Source: Phoronis australis (Eukaryota > Animalia > Phoronida). From it: a DNA stretch of 64,000 nucleotides. Where the stretch lies: assembly GCA_002633005.1 (NCBI GenBank), contig NMRA01000202.1, positions 583,626 to 647,625 on the forward strand, in the 5' to 3' direction. The translations under genes were made by a program, and so were the position numbers. How positions within the stretch are numbered: the stretch's first letter is position 1; each line of letters opens with the position of its first letter. Shown here one piece after another: positions 38,801 through 51,393 of the stretch. Under the pieces are notes generated by a model that was given only the letters and a program-made list of their open reading frames with translations, was not told where the DNA came from and did not search any database.

Positions 38801-41800
38801 GAAAAAAACTGTCGTGTGACCCAATTAGTGGCACATTGGTGTTAAGTCAAAAATATTATTTTACAGACTTTCTACTTTAAAGAAAATATATACTTCTGCT
38901 CATAGTTAAAATTTATAGCTTCGTAGACATTTGACGCTGACATTCTTGTCGATAAGGCCTATATTACCTTGAGCAAACATTCACAGTTACGTGTCTGTTT
39001 CAGAGCGAGACTCCTCGTAATAACTCAGCCCGAATGGATGATGACTCGGCCACAGACATCACACTGAACACGCAGCGGACAGAAGAGAGTGAAGATGACC
39101 AGGGTCTCGCTGCCAGTAATGCTGGCACTAAGACCACTCTGGAGGACCTGATGAACACCATCAAACTGTTGGAACAAGAGGACAAGTTCCCCACCCCAAG
39201 GAACGAGCTCAAGAAAAGTTTGGGTTGGTTTGGTTTCATTACTTTGATTACAGATGGCACTTCTGGGCCCGGTCTCTTTGTACTCGAAACGAACTTGAAA
39301 CTATTTTTGGCAATTTCTCTGCTCCTTTTGTGCGAACTTAAGATAATTGGTTATGAGACTGTGCTCGAATACATTATAGTTTATGCATAGGAGTTTCTAG
39401 TTCAAGTTTGCCCTTGAAGACCCTTATATTCGTGCTACAAACTCGAGTAAAAACTCGAAATTTCGAGTCCAAACTCAAACTTATTGCTTTAATATTGGGT
39501 TTACAAACTGTGAACTAAGGCCAATAAATTACTCGAGCATAGAATAATAGACACTTATCTTGAGTTCGCCCAAAAGTAGAGTAGAAAATTCCAAACCTAA
39601 TTTCGAGTTCCATTTCGAGTAAAAAGATTGGAGACCGGGCCCAGATGACGATCAGTAGTTGCGATTGTTTTTAGTGTTGTGCAGGGGTTTAAGCTTTGAA
39701 GTTAGCCAGGGTGACATTTTTGACCTGAGCAGAAAATTTTCACATTTCTATTAAACTTTTGGTGTTGACAAAATCTGAGGCCAAGACTTGTTGGTAGTAC
39801 ATGCTTGTTGGCGATACATTTACTCGAAAGCTAAGCATAATGGTGCTCACTTTTGATGCATCAAATTACCCTAGCTTGTTTATCTTAGTTCAATCCTACA
39901 GGTGTCACTTGTTGCAGGTGCCGATGATGACGGTGACCATGACGACTACCTGTCCTCCGACAAGCTGGAGAAGCTCAACAACCCGCTGAAGAGCATGACT
40001 CAGAGTGCCAACTTGACCGACGCCAAGCTGAAGAGTATCATGTCCTTTCTGGACGAAGTGGAGACGGCCGAGAGGATGAGTGAGATAGATCAGGTGAGCT
40101 GTACCGTGTGTATGCATCTTGGGGGTGTAGAACCTGTGGTGGTGGGGCATGTATGAGTTTTTGATTTTTCCATTGTCATGAACAGAAATCTGTTTGAGCA
40201 AACAAAGTTGATTTTCCTCAATTTTGTATATCGGTGAATTCCACTTTACTGGTTCAAAGCAATAATTAGATGAAAGCGCTCTGAGAAGCGAAACTTGGCG
40301 AAATTAACCAAAAAGATGACGATAAAGATGATGACGAAGATGACAAATATGACGACGATGGTGGCGAGGATGAACAAAAGAAGTAATAATAACATACACA
40401 TGAGGAACGTAGAAGTCCGAAATAAGTAAGAAAAAGGCTACAGTCTTGAGCGACACTTGGTGAAATTAACGGAAACGACAACGACGGAGATGATGACGAA
40501 GATGATGATCGTGGTGGCGATGATGAACAACATCACAACATTCATGTGACGAACTTAGATGTCATAAATCAATAAGAAATAGGCTACAGTTTAGTTCAAT
40601 AGAAGATAAACCAACATCAATGCAGCAAGAGCGCTCAACAAAGGAACAGCGTTATCAAAAAATCACAAATAACTCGAAAAGTAGACGTCCTAGCAAAAAA
40701 TGGAAAACATCTTCTGAAAGCCCGTTCAAAATTCTATCTAAACTGATGGTATCGTCTAATTCCGTAAATTTTTCGAAAAAAATGAAATTTTGCATTTTTT
40801 TTAAGAAATTCAAAGTCAAATAACTCGAAAACGGTAAGTCTGAGAAAAAAATTGTTACAGNAATTAACGGAAAAGACAACGACGGAGATGATGACGAAGA
40901 TGATGACGAATATGATGATGGTGGTGGCGATGATGAACAACATCACAACATTCATATGACGAACTTAGATGTCATAAATCAATAAGAAATAGGCTACAGT
41001 CTAGTTCAATAGAAGATAAACCAACATCAATGCAGCAAGAGCGCTCAACAAAGGAACAGCGTTATCAGAAAATCACAAATAACTCGAAAAGTAGACATCC
41101 TAGTGAAAAATGGAAAACATCTGAAAGCCCGTTCAAAATTCTATCTAAACTGATGGTATCGCCTAATTCCGTAAATTTTTTGAAAAAAATGAAATTTTGC
41201 GGTTTTTTTTAAGAAATTCAAAGTCAAATAACTCGAATATGGTAAGTCTGAGAAAAAAATTGTTACAGGCCATTTGAAAGAATATACTTCAAAGAATCCA
41301 CATGCAAAAAATCACGTCTTTTTCTCTTCCCGTTTAAAATCGCACTCCAGCACGACTGAAAATGGGTCAACATGTGCCAGATCCGCCATCTTGAAAGCAA
41401 CTTCCAGTTTTTTGGCTTTGTATAATAGCATGTCATAAGAAACTAATACCTGTAAAAATTCGAAGGAATTGGTCTTATAATGCGCCCTCTACAGGAGAAA
41501 ACGTTTTTAGGCCAAAATCGTGGTGCGCATGCGCGATCGCTGATATTTCCGCCATCTTTAACCGGAAGTAAACAATTTCCGGTATACTTGTAGAAAACTT
41601 CCGCTCCATTTACTGTGCCGATTCTTAGCCTTTTACGTAAAAAATTGTAGCCTCCAGAAGCATTTGAACCTTTAAATGAAAATAAAATGGCCGCCACAGC
41701 CGCCATCTTGGATCCGAATTTGACGAAAAACAATAGGCTTCTAGTACTTCCGGAAGTACGTGTTACGTGTAAATTTCGTGATGATCGGACGAAAATTGCG

Positions 41801-44800
41801 ACCTGTATCGTGCGAACAAACAAAAAAAAAACTTAGTGGAAGAGCAACATACTTGGCGAAATAAATAACATAAAAAGGTTATGGGAAATACCTTGCTCTT
41901 TCTGCTATTTTTGTGCCACATCATTATTTTACCGTTAATTTGCTGCATGACTTTATTGTTTCTCAAAACTAGAAAATGAACAGCACCACCTTCAGAAAGA
42001 ATGAACAACTTTAGCATGTCTAACAAACTGTCAATCGACTTGAGGCCAGAATTGATCTCGAGTGACTAATTTGATTTGTTATATTCATGATTTTAGAAAT
42101 TGAAAACCAAAAATATTAGAGTACTATGATATCTACTATTGAAGTAGTGTCTACTTACTGATATAAATTAGTTAATAATTTCTTGGACAGAACGCAGGTT
42201 TAAAGCCACTTTAAGCGGAGCGATGGTTTTTATTACCCTGTGGCTGAAGTAAGCCAAATAAACATTCTCAGCTTGTAACTCTAATAGATTTCAGTCATCA
42301 TTTGTGAAGTACAAATTTTTTAAAATCTACTTGGACTGATAAGTTGGCTCTTGCATACTGTAGTCTTCATGTATAAAACTGATTGGTTTGTATGCTTTGT
42401 GTTTGTAGAAATAGTTGCCTTGTTGGTTTATTGCCATTAGTTACATTACAATGCTTTCATAATTCTTCAGGATCTGAATCGGGTCAACGACATACTGGTG
42501 AAGCCAGCACCACTGGTGCCATCTGCTGAGCAGCTGGCTCAACTGGAGCAGGTCTCAGCGCAGACGGCGGAGGTAACCAACACAGTGCTTGCGCAGCGCC
42601 TTGAGCTGGAGGAACGAAGTAGGACGGTGCAGATACTGCAGAAAGCTCTGGTAATCATCTACAGTGTTTCATTTTACTAACACTTAGGGAGCTGCACTGT
42701 TGGGTTCAGTGTCATTGTATGCCTCCTGAATTGAGTAGAGAGGAAGGGGTTACATGTTTATCTCTTGAAAATGAAAAATTGAAATGTGCCAGTTTTAGCT
42801 GGGCATCTAATGCTTTGTACTCAGTGGAAAAGAAATAACCATGTCATAATTTAGGTTCTGTAGACACTAAAGCAACAATCCAAGTGCAGTCAAACCGCGT
42901 TACAGTGAACCCTTGCACGACTTGTCCAAAACAGTAAAAGTTTGCTGTAAATCAAATCCGTGTTAGAGTCGAGTTGGCTTGGGACTAGTTGTTGTGAAAT
43001 GGCACGGCATGAATGAGTGAATGTTATGACAGGCACATTGGAATTCAAGTGTACATAACTGTGTACACCTGTTTTCCTTAATTACTATTGAGGTTCAGGT
43101 TTTCATCTCCAAACTCAAACACGGAACTTACCAATCGCCCTGCATAAATTGAGTACAAATCTGTAAGTTAACTTGAAGAGTCCTATGCCATTGGTCAATT
43201 TTTCAGTGAAGTTTATAGTCCACACTGAGCACTTAGACTTCTTGCCCTTTTCTGTGATCAGCTTTGTGATTACATGGAGAGGTACCTTGTTCTTGTTTTC
43301 TCATTTGATTCAATAATATCTTGGAATTTCACGTCCTAGGTATGGTTCATTTTGTTCTGGCTCAATATACAAACTTGACTCTTGAGATTACTTCTGATGC
43401 CTGTTCTGTCAGTCACTAAGTTTTATTGATGGTTGTCCATTTTTGTTTTCAGAACCAGCAGAGGGAGCTAACAGTCAGGCATGCCAAGGAAACAGAACGG
43501 GAAATGAAGAAGAGGCTTGACGTACAGAAGCAAGAGTATGAAGAAACCATAAAGAGGCACTTGTCCTTTATTGATCAGGTATGTCTTTTTTTCCTAAAAC
43601 ATACTACTGGCTAAAAGTTAGTATCTAGTTATGTCTAGTGAGCATTGTCCTTTATTGATCAGGTATGCCTTTTTTCCTAAAACATACTACTGGCTAAAAG
43701 TTAGTACCTAGTTATGTCTAGTGAGCATGTTTGTACTTGAGTGTAGACTATAGTGGCTGAGGCCTTAGACTCATTCATATCCAACTGAATCACAAATGTT
43801 TAAATTCCAGCTGATCGATGACAAGAAAGTGCTGAGCGAGAAATGTGAGAATATGGTAAAAGAGCTGAAGACTCTGGACAAAAAGTATGGTGATAAGTTG
43901 AAACAGTTAGACGAAAAGTAAGTACACAGCCCAGGGGTCCCCCCCGTTGTAGAGTATAAAACAGCCCATGGATTTTCCCATTCTAGAATACAGACAAAGT
44001 CCGAGGGATCTCCCCCTTCTAGAGATCAGCCCAGGAGGATTCTGTCATTCTGGATTACAGACACAGTCCGCGAAGATCCCCCTGTTGTAAAGTACAGACA
44101 CAATCGGGGGGATCCTCTCATTCTGGACTACAGGCACAGCTTGGGGGATCCTTTCATTCTAAAGTACTGAAACAGCCCTGAAGGATTCTTCCCTTGTAAA
44201 ATAGACACAACTCTAGGAATTCTCTTGTTCTTGAGTTTAAACGCAGCCTGGGGATGTTTCTGTTCTAGAGTATGACACAGCCTGGGGGAATCTCCCATTC
44301 TAGAGTACAGACGCACAGCCCAGGGGATCCATTTTAAAGTGCAAAGAGTATTCAGTTTCTGGGGGTCTACCTCCAACATTGCGTAGTTTCATTTCTTTTG
44401 ACCTCTTTTATTTACTCACTGAAATGAAGCAAATAAAAAACCCAAATCCAACGCTGTAAAGTGTACATTGGTTTTGGGGGTTCTCGGTAAGTCTTGTGTG
44501 AGTAGTTGAAATTCTTTATTTGTGTAGTATTTTACATGACTTTTGTGAATTAATTTGCTTCTCAATAGATGGTGTTTACTAGAATCTAAATTGAATGTAT
44601 TCTTGCACAGGTGATCCGTCTAATCAGCAGAAGTGGTTTGTTATCACGTTATGTTAGTGGCTGAAACATGTTTTGTGTGTTGTTTTTATGTGACAGTGTT
44701 GAATCATTGTAGCCACTCTGTGGAGCTGACGAAAATAAAAGAAACTCATGCAGCTGCTGAGAAACTTAGAAGGGAGCGCTGGATTGATGAGAAGACTAAG

Positions 44801-47800
44801 AAAATTAAGGTGATATTTGCAACGTTGTGGGGACTAGTTACTTGTCCTTTGTGTTGACTTTGGCTTTGTTCTTTTCAATGTGGTCACAAACCTAACTGAT
44901 ATAAACTTGTTCCGAAGTGATGCACTTTCAACAAATAATCAAATTGTTTGAAAATGATGAAAATTGAGTGTGGAATTATCAAAATAATTTTTTAACTTCT
45001 CATGCTGCACTAGCAAAATGACCACCACAGTTGAAGAGCAGTGATCTTAAATTTTCATGAATTGTACGTAAAAACACAAATTCATGTGGAGCAGTTTGCT
45101 GTAATTTGCTAAATCTTCCTAGTATTTTAGTGAGGTCTCCTGTTTGATGGCACTCTCTGTGTGCTCTACTCTTGTGAAATAAAGGAATGGGTGCCTTTAA
45201 TAAGTAGTATCAAACTGGAGGGCATTTCCTAATGCTGGTATCCTAAAGATTTTTCTGAAAGACAAATCTGCTTTCTAAGGAAAAGTATGAAGTTTTGACA
45301 TTTAGTTTTGAAAAGTCCACCCTGTACTCTGGGCCTGTTTTGAACAGACAACCCTGTACATTGTGCTTGTTTTGCAGGAGATGACTGTGAAAGGTCTGGA
45401 GCCAGAAATCCAGCGTCTCATTGCCAAACATAAGGCCGAGATGAAGAAAGTCAAATCCATCCACGAGGCGGAGCTGTTGCGAGCGGATGAGCGTGCAGGC
45501 CAGCGATATATTGAGATGACGGAGCAGTTACGTGATCAATTGGCCAAGGAGAAGGATCTAGCATGCCAGCGGGAGAGGGAGTTAGCAGCCTCAAGGTAGG
45601 GGCACATAGTGCAGGCAAAATGAGGCATGTTCAAGGTAGGGGTGGATTGGGGGAAATAGTACGCGGAAAATGAAGGCAGTGGATGATGGAATTGGAGCCT
45701 GGATTGAAGAAGATTGATCCAGAGAGTTCAGGGGAATGAAGGCTAGTGGGAGGGTAGGGGCTTGTTGGGTCAAACTAGGTGAGAGAGTTGAGATTAGCGG
45801 GAAAGAGGACTTGTGTCAGGGCTTGGAATTTTCCTCTTTTAAGAGGGTTTCTTCTTTTTTGGTCTCGATTTCCTCGTATTTGATTTCCAGTTTGCTCTTC
45901 TTCTTTTTTGGCTCTTTTTCTCATCATTTTGGTTTATTCATGCTAAAACATTTATTTCAGTTTAATTTTACCGCACCAAAATATTTCTTTAACACAAGTC
46001 TGTGGAACGATACATCATCTGGAAAATTTTCCTCTTTTTTGTCATTGGTCATTCCAAACCCTGTTGTATTGTCAAGAAAATGACACACTGACGGAAAAGA
46101 GTTCAGCAGAGTTGCAGTCTATGTGTTATGGCTGTATACAGATGATAGTTCAAGGGAACCATGGTTGGCTGTGACAGGAGCTAGCAGTCTCTATGTAGAG
46201 ACTGGCATTGCAAATGGGTCTGGGTATTAATGCTTGTGATATAGGGAGGCAGCAGCATCCAGATAGAGGCAAATATTTCTGGGCCAGTAAGACTGTCTAC
46301 AGTAAGGCATCGTGATAGTAAATAGCTGTAAATATTTATTCAGGATAAAAACATGGTTTTCAGTATCATAATTCTGTTCTGCCATAGGCTACTGATAAGA
46401 CAGAAACCTGACTAGCAACAAAATTAAAGAGCAAAATAAATTAATTAAAAAAAATTAGAAACAAACTGGCAATAGCTGTGTGAAAGACTACTAAACATCA
46501 AGATACCTCGACTTAAAGATAACTATCGATTCACTGAGTGACAAAAATCAGAATCAAGAAAAATGAATGTTTGCCAAAGTTAGTGATCATTGTGTGTTCA
46601 GATATGAGAAGCAAATGCACCAAGAAGAGGAATCTTACCAGGCGCAGCGCCGGCGACTGCACCAGGAGGTGCAAGAGGAGAAAGAGCGACTGTCCCAGCA
46701 GGCAATGAGGCAACGGGCGGAGATAGACAAACTGCAGCGACAGCTGGAGGATTCTCACTCGCACTCGGTGGAGGCAATGAAGGAAGAGTATGAGAAAGCA
46801 CGGGAAGAGCAGGAGAGGAGACATGACGTGAGTGGGGGGAACAAAGTTGTGAAAAGGAGGGAAAGAGACGTGGGGTGCGTGGGAGATGAGGGTAGGAAAG
46901 TGGTTTGTGGGAGGTAAGAGCAGGAAAAAATTTGTGTGGCTGTGGGGGACACGGGAGATCATGTGGTGAGTGTGAGGAAAAATTTGTGGAAGAGAGGGGA
47001 AGAGACATTGGGTGTGTGGTGACAGGTGACTCTTGGTAAGGAGAGGGGAGGAAAGAGGAGATGAAGTGATGAAGGGTCATTGATGTGGACATATTATTCC
47101 TGTGGTTTCTACATATACATGACTGCATTCTGTTTGAAACTTTTCTGATTATGGGAAAGGTCACAAAACTTTTTATTTACCCAAAAACAAGTGAATATTT
47201 CTAGGTTTAGAATGAACATTATGTTGAATATTACCCATGTTGACGATCAGAATTAGTACACTGGCCGCGTTCCTGATTCCGCTATGACCTGATCCAACCT
47301 TTGACCTATTTCAGGGTGAGCTAAAATCACTAAAGGAGCAACTGGATATTGAGAAGACAGCATGGGAAGAGAACTATATGAAGAAACAGGAGACGTGGAT
47401 GTTGCAGAAGGAGCGGGAGTTGAAGGAGCAAGTGAGGAGAGACCGCGACAAGGAGATAGAGATGGTGATCATGAGGTTGGAGACGGACAGTGTGTCGGCT
47501 AAGGAGGAGTGTGAGAGGGCAGCGGAGAACAGGATCAAGTAGGTCAAGGGGCAGGTGGTGAAAGTCAAGGGGCAGGTGGTGTAGGTCAAGGAGCAGGTGG
47601 TGTAGGTCAAGGGGCAGGCGGTGTAGGTCAAGGGGCAGGTGGTGTAGGTCAAGGGGCAGGTGGTGTAGGTCATGGGGCAGGTGGTGGCATGATGTGCAGT
47701 GAATAAATGTGGATCAGATTTTGAGTACAGTACGTCAAGGGGTGGGGTGTGAGAGGGTAACGGACAACAGGATCAAGTAGATCAAGGTGCTGGTGGTGTA

Positions 47801-50800
47801 GGTCAAGGGGTTGCATGGTATGGTGAACTAAAGCTGGATCAGATGTTGAGTACAGTATGTCGAGGGGTGGGGTGTGAGAGGGCAGTAGAGAACAGGATCG
47901 AGGTGAACGGATCGGTAAGGTACGGTTGAGGGATGGGCCATGTAGAGTGAAGTAACGAGGTAGTGGAGTTATGTCAAGTAAGGTAGCTAATATTCATGTA
48001 CCCCTTGATTATCTCTACCATAATTACACACTTAAGTGTTGGATAATGTAGGTGGAAGTAAGTCAAATTTGAATGAAGTTAAAGGTGAGAGGAAGGGGAT
48101 GTTGGTGCACCTTCTGTTGAATAACGATGTACCTTCTGTTGGACCTGGGTATGTGTTCTTTTGGACCAGGATGTACCTTTTTTTGGACCAGGATGTACCT
48201 TCTGTTGAACCAGAATGTACCTTCTGATGGACCATAGTTTATCATCCATTTGATCAGAGTGCACCTTGTAACTGAAGTTAGGGAAAATTTTGGTGCATTA
48301 GTAATCGTACAACAAACAATGTTATAGAAGGGACTGTTATAAACTAAGGACATTGTAGCATGTAGTTTTAGTTTTGAAATAAACTGTTACTGTTTCAGAC
48401 GTATCCGTGACAAGTACGAGTCAGAAATGACTGAGCTAGAGAGGTCAGAGCGACAAGCTATGGAAAAGTATAATGAAATGAAGGTGTGTGCATGTCGTGC
48501 GTTAGTGTTGTCAATACTGGATCCGATATTGTGATTGAAAATGTGTTCACTTTGTAACGGAGTAGATCAAAATGAAGTACATTACCTTCAACATTTTGTT
48601 ATTCTCTGTGATGAAAGTGTTATTTTGCACTGACTTAAGGTGGCTTTAAAAACACAGAACTTTGATTTGTGACTCAATGGAGCATAGTTCACTTAATAAA
48701 CAACAACATTTTGTGGCACACAATGTTGATCTCGATCGAAGGCAAAAGCAATACATGAACTGAAACCCTGTACTTTTTTAAGGAATTGTTTTCTGCTGCT
48801 TAGTAATGGCTTGGCAGTCACTTAATTCTCAGGTTCAGTGTCTTGCAAGTGGTCATTACATAGTTGATCCATTTTGAATCGTGTAGTAACTTATTTACTG
48901 TCATTTCAGGCTAAGTTGCTGGAAATTGAAGGAGAAAATGAGCGATTCAAAGTACAGTTGAAACAGAAAGATCAGGAGGTTGTGGATATTAAGAAGGTAG
49001 GTATTTTATATCATGTCCCGTCGGTGATTATGAACTAACTTAAAGGGCATACCCTTGTTTAGGATTGTTTTGACGTTTGTTTGCTGAATGCTGGCTAAAA
49101 TGAAATGTGATCTTACGGTAAGACAGTCTCTGTCTTTTGATTGTTTTTGTTCTTGGGAAGTTGGGATTGACTTGGAGATATACATTAAATCTTTCACCAG
49201 GGATATGAAGCTGTGACTTCTAAATAATGTGCCAGTTCACTTTGGGTCTATTTTTTATTGATTGGAATGATATTCTGTCCTTGCGATATCTCAACAGTTT
49301 TTGGACGAGAAAGAAAAAGTGAGCACGAGTTATCTTGTGGTGGATTTTGTGACCTATTTTGTTTGTAAGAGTGATTTGAGCATTGTTTGCGTTTATTTGA
49401 GGTTATGTATGATCAGCAAGTCCGTACACTTAGACAATTATCTACGAAATTATAGAATTTAATTCGGCAAAATTATATATTTTCTGAAAGAAGAAATTCC
49501 ATAGAAATTGTGTTTTGACTTTGTACCAATTTTCCACCAATTCGGTCACGTGACCTTGCTTTTTTGGGAAAAAGCAAGGTACTTTGTTAGCAAAACGACC
49601 GGTTCAATAACATTGACCAAATTTTGTACGATAGAAATGTAATAAGACTCAAAAATGCTGTTAAATTAATTTCATGCCACTTTAATTTTTTTTCATATAC
49701 AAGTCCTGATAGTGGATCATGCAAAGTGGAACATTTTTGAAACAATCTCTAACAGCGTTTTGCTGAACAGTGTATAAAGCATAGTATCTGAAAGTTTCAT
49801 GTGAATCTGATAATCCATTTCTGAGTTACTGTGTTTCAAAGTTGGCCAAAATTGGATAATATTGTAGGGTCCTACATAACCTTAAAGCTTTTTACATTTT
49901 CAGTTCAGCATTTTAGTGTCAGTTTATGTTGGTTCCTGTGTTTTAAGCAATCTTGGATTTGCAGTGATTCATGACGTAATGTGTCTGATCGTTCTGGTTT
50001 AATGCATGCCAGTTTAGCGAATTTGATTTTAGCTCGAATCTAGTAAGTGACGGTTAGAAGTACTTTTACTACTGCAGTGAGACAGACTCAGAAGGTGAAT
50101 TTCATTACAGTTTCTTTGCTTTCACACACCATAAATTCTGTTAGTGTGATATTGTGTAAAAATATTAGAACTCCATTTGTTCCATTGTGTTCATGAACAG
50201 TTACACTTGACATATCATTTGACAAGAGCTCTATTTTGTCCACTGTTCTTGAATTAGCTGTCTGAAAAGTTGCACCAGGAACGTGATCACGTGGCTGAGA
50301 TCATACGGCAGGAGTTTGCCGACAAGATTGTGGCCACGGACGAGGACAACAAGAGACTGAAGAATGAGATGGCAGAGATGAAGTCGCGTAATCGACTGGA
50401 AGTGGAAAGAGCACGGGCGGAGGTGGAAGTGATACAGAAAGCAAAGGAGGATGAGATGGAAGAGGTGCACAAGAGGTGAGTTGGGGTGCAGAAGTTAGAG
50501 TAGGGAAATAGAATATAGTTGTGATCAGGAAGGTAGAGGAGCATGACAATCCTGGAAGAGTTGCATTAGACGTTGGTGTGGTACACGAGTCAGAACAGGG
50601 AAAGTGAAGGTAAATATGATTAGGAAGTCAGGATGAGATGGTGTAGAGGTGGGTGGGACCAGAGTGGGGAGAAAGAAAGTCGATGTGATAAGAAGGCAGA
50701 GGAGGATGTGACTCCTGGAAGAGTTGCGTTAGACGTTGATGGGGTGCTGGAGTCAGAGTTGGGAATGTAAATGAGATGAGAATGTTGGAGAAGGATGAGG

Positions 50801-51393
50801 ATTATGGAAAGTTGCTGTAGAGGTGGGTGGGGTACAGACATCAGAGTGGGGAGAGTGAAGATAGATGTGTTAGACGAGGATGCGGACGGTGTACAGTTGC
50901 TTCAGGGGTGGAAGAGTTGGGTTAGAGGTGTGTGGGTGAAGTAGTTGTAGTAAGAATAGGGGGGAAGATAATAGAACGGAGGTGAGGATAAATTGAAGAG
51001 GTGATGCACTAGAGGTGAATGGGTACAGTTTTGAAAGTCCTTGTCAAAATATGTTATTATTCACAAACTTAAATGTATAATGAAGACTTGGTTGCACATT
51101 GCAGCTCGTGTATGAAAGTCGATGTTTTCTTTGCAAATATGTATGTCACAGTAATTGATTTTTAGCACCAATTCTTTAAAAAGAATCAGCTGGTTAAAAC
51201 ATTTCATGTGCTCTGTAATGAGATGTACATTCTACGGTCTGTACTTGGTAGAGTGAAGCAGGCGATTGTAAAGAAAGAAGAAATGGTGAATCAGATGAGG
51301 CAGCAGTATGAGGCAGCACTAAAGAGGTCAGAGCATCTTGAAGGTCTGCTGGAGCAGCAGAGAAAACAGTTGTTGGGGGGGAAAAAGAAATGA
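32680..51393 (+). CDS. CEP131: Centrosomal protein of 131 kDa (AZI1), complete spliced gene (~1208 aa)
   Basis: 19 phase-consistent exons: 32680-32832, 33267-33345, 33990-34086, 35345-35459, 36133-36960, 37856-38104, 39004-39223, 39918-40093, 42471-42650, 43453-43578, 43811-43917, 44713-44809, 45378-45595, 46602-46827, 47315-47538, 48399-48483, 48910-48996, 50258-50475, 51252-51393. Motifs: LDLSLTGS, DDFLVLFES, IQ motif AATKIQRFYRK, LKSIMSFLDEVE, YEETIKRHLSFIDQLIDDKKVLSEKCE, EKLRRERWIDEKTKKIKEMTVKGLEPEIQRLI, C-terminal HLEGLLEQQRK. Confidence 0.94.
33267..33345 (+). CDS. CEP131: CEP131 exon 2
   Basis: SLNAVNGYHGSSDNSSSRGVKKKHAR; phase 0-1. Confidence 0.72.
33990..34086 (+). CDS. CEP131: CEP131 exon 3
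   Basis: GSHTGPLSGRSDVSATASVKSSGRSGNKSTR; phase 1-2. Confidence 0.72.
35345..35459 (+). CDS. CEP131: CEP131 exon 4
   Basis: DDFLVLFESSTQPK...KGLWNDT; phase 2-0. Confidence 0.85.
35634..35820. repeat. Minisatellite AGTGGGCTCTACCTGTACCTGTGGAGGACTCCT
   Basis: Four near-exact copies spanning the N at 35728. Confidence 0.85.
36133..36960 (+). CDS. CEP131: CEP131 exon 5 (IQ motif)
   Basis: 828-nt exon with AATKIQRFYRKFLRRK and REEKARVARQQAIQ. Confidence 0.92.
37856..38104 (+). CDS. CEP131: CEP131 exon 6
   Basis: ELQQKREEKRLENQRIAEEEVAMLQASGK... Confidence 0.9.
39004..39223 (+). CDS. CEP131: CEP131 exon 7
   Basis: ...KTTLEDLMNTIKLLEQE; donor uncertain (39217 or 39223, both phase 1). Confidence 0.82.
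39263..39644. mobile_element. Harbinger-like MITE with long TIRs
   Basis: CTGGGCCCGGTCTC...GAGACCGGGCCCAG, inverted similarity extending ~100 bp. Confidence 0.7.
39918..40093 (+). CDS. CEP131: CEP131 exon 8
   Basis: YLSSDKLEKLNN...LTDAKLKSIMSFLDEVE. Confidence 0.9.
40260..41870. mobile_element. Interspersed repeat with GAT/GAC microsatellite and CCGCCAT(C/T)TT motifs (Helentron/HINE-like, tentative)
   Basis: Internal low-complexity repeats, repeated AATAACTCGAAAA and CCGCCATCTT motifs, recurring ACTTGGCGAAAT at both ends. Confidence 0.4.
42471..42650 (+). CDS. CEP131: CEP131 exon 9
   Basis: ...AEVTNTVLAQRLELEERSRTVQILQKAL. Confidence 0.9.
43453..43578 (+). CDS. CEP131: CEP131 exon 10
   Basis: NQQRELTVRHAKETE...YEETIKRHLSFIDQ. 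Confidence 0.93.
43811..43917 (+). CDS. CEP131: CEP131 exon 11
   Basis: LIDDKKVLSEKCENMVKELK... Confidence 0.92.
43920..44335. repeat. Degenerate ~40-bp tandem array (TAGAGTACAGACACAGCCCAGGGATCC-like)
   Basis: About ten diverged units starting right after the exon 11 donor. Confidence 0.7.
44713..44809 (+). CDS. CEP131: CEP131 exon 12
   Basis: HSVELTKIKETHAAAEKLRRERWIDEKTKKIK. Confidence 0.93.
45378..45595 (+). CDS. CEP131: CEP131 exon 13
   Basis: EMTVKGLEPEIQRLIAKHKAE... Confidence 0.94.
45817..46063. mobile_element. Short inverted member of the CAGGGCTTGGAAT family
   Basis: Same termini, opposite orientation; flanks TTGTGT/TTGTAT. Confidence 0.7.
46602..46827 (+). CDS. CEP131: CEP131 exon 14
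   Basis: YEKQMHQEEESYQAQRRRLHQEVQEEKERL... Confidence 0.92.
47315..47538 (+). CDS. CEP131: CEP131 exon 15
   Basis: GELKSLKEQLDIEKTAWEENYMKKQETWMLQKERELKEQVRRDRDKEIEMVIMRLE...AAENRIK. Confidence 0.93.
47539..47686. repeat. 21-bp minisatellite GTAGGTCAAGGGGCAGGTGGT
   Basis: Seven units; the first unit starts at the exon 15 donor GT. Confidence 0.9.
48105..48235. repeat. ~22-bp minisatellite GTACCTTCTGTTGGACCAGGAT
   Basis: About six diverged units. Confidence 0.75.
48399..48483 (+). CDS. CEP131: CEP131 exon 16
   Basis: RIRDKYESEMTELERSERQAMEKYNEMK. Confidence 0.92.
48910..48996 (+). CDS. CEP131: CEP131 exon 17
   Basis: AKLLEIEGENERFKVQLKQKDQEVVDIKK. Confidence 0.9.
49401..49881. mobile_element. 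Kolobok-like non-autonomous element
   Basis: TIR GGTTATGTA...TACATAACC, flanks TTGA/TTAA. Confidence 0.55.
50258..50475 (+). CDS. CEP131: CEP131 exon 18
   Basis: LSEKLHQERDHVAEIIRQEFADKI...EMEEVHKR. Confidence 0.93.
51252..51393 (+). CDS. CEP131: CEP131 last coding exon
   Basis: VKQAIVKKEEMVNQMRQQYEAALKRSEHLEGLLEQQRKQLLGGKKK-TGA. Confidence 0.93.

Noticed and set aside
40466-41268. Biological tandem duplication inside the intron 8 repeat
   Set aside because: The junction is a single N (40861), like the other haplotype-overlap artefacts.
46531-47673. Long - strand ORFs (143, 188, 99 aa; YTTCPLT repeats)
   Set aside because: Antisense shadows of purine-rich CEP131 exons and the 21-bp minisatellite.
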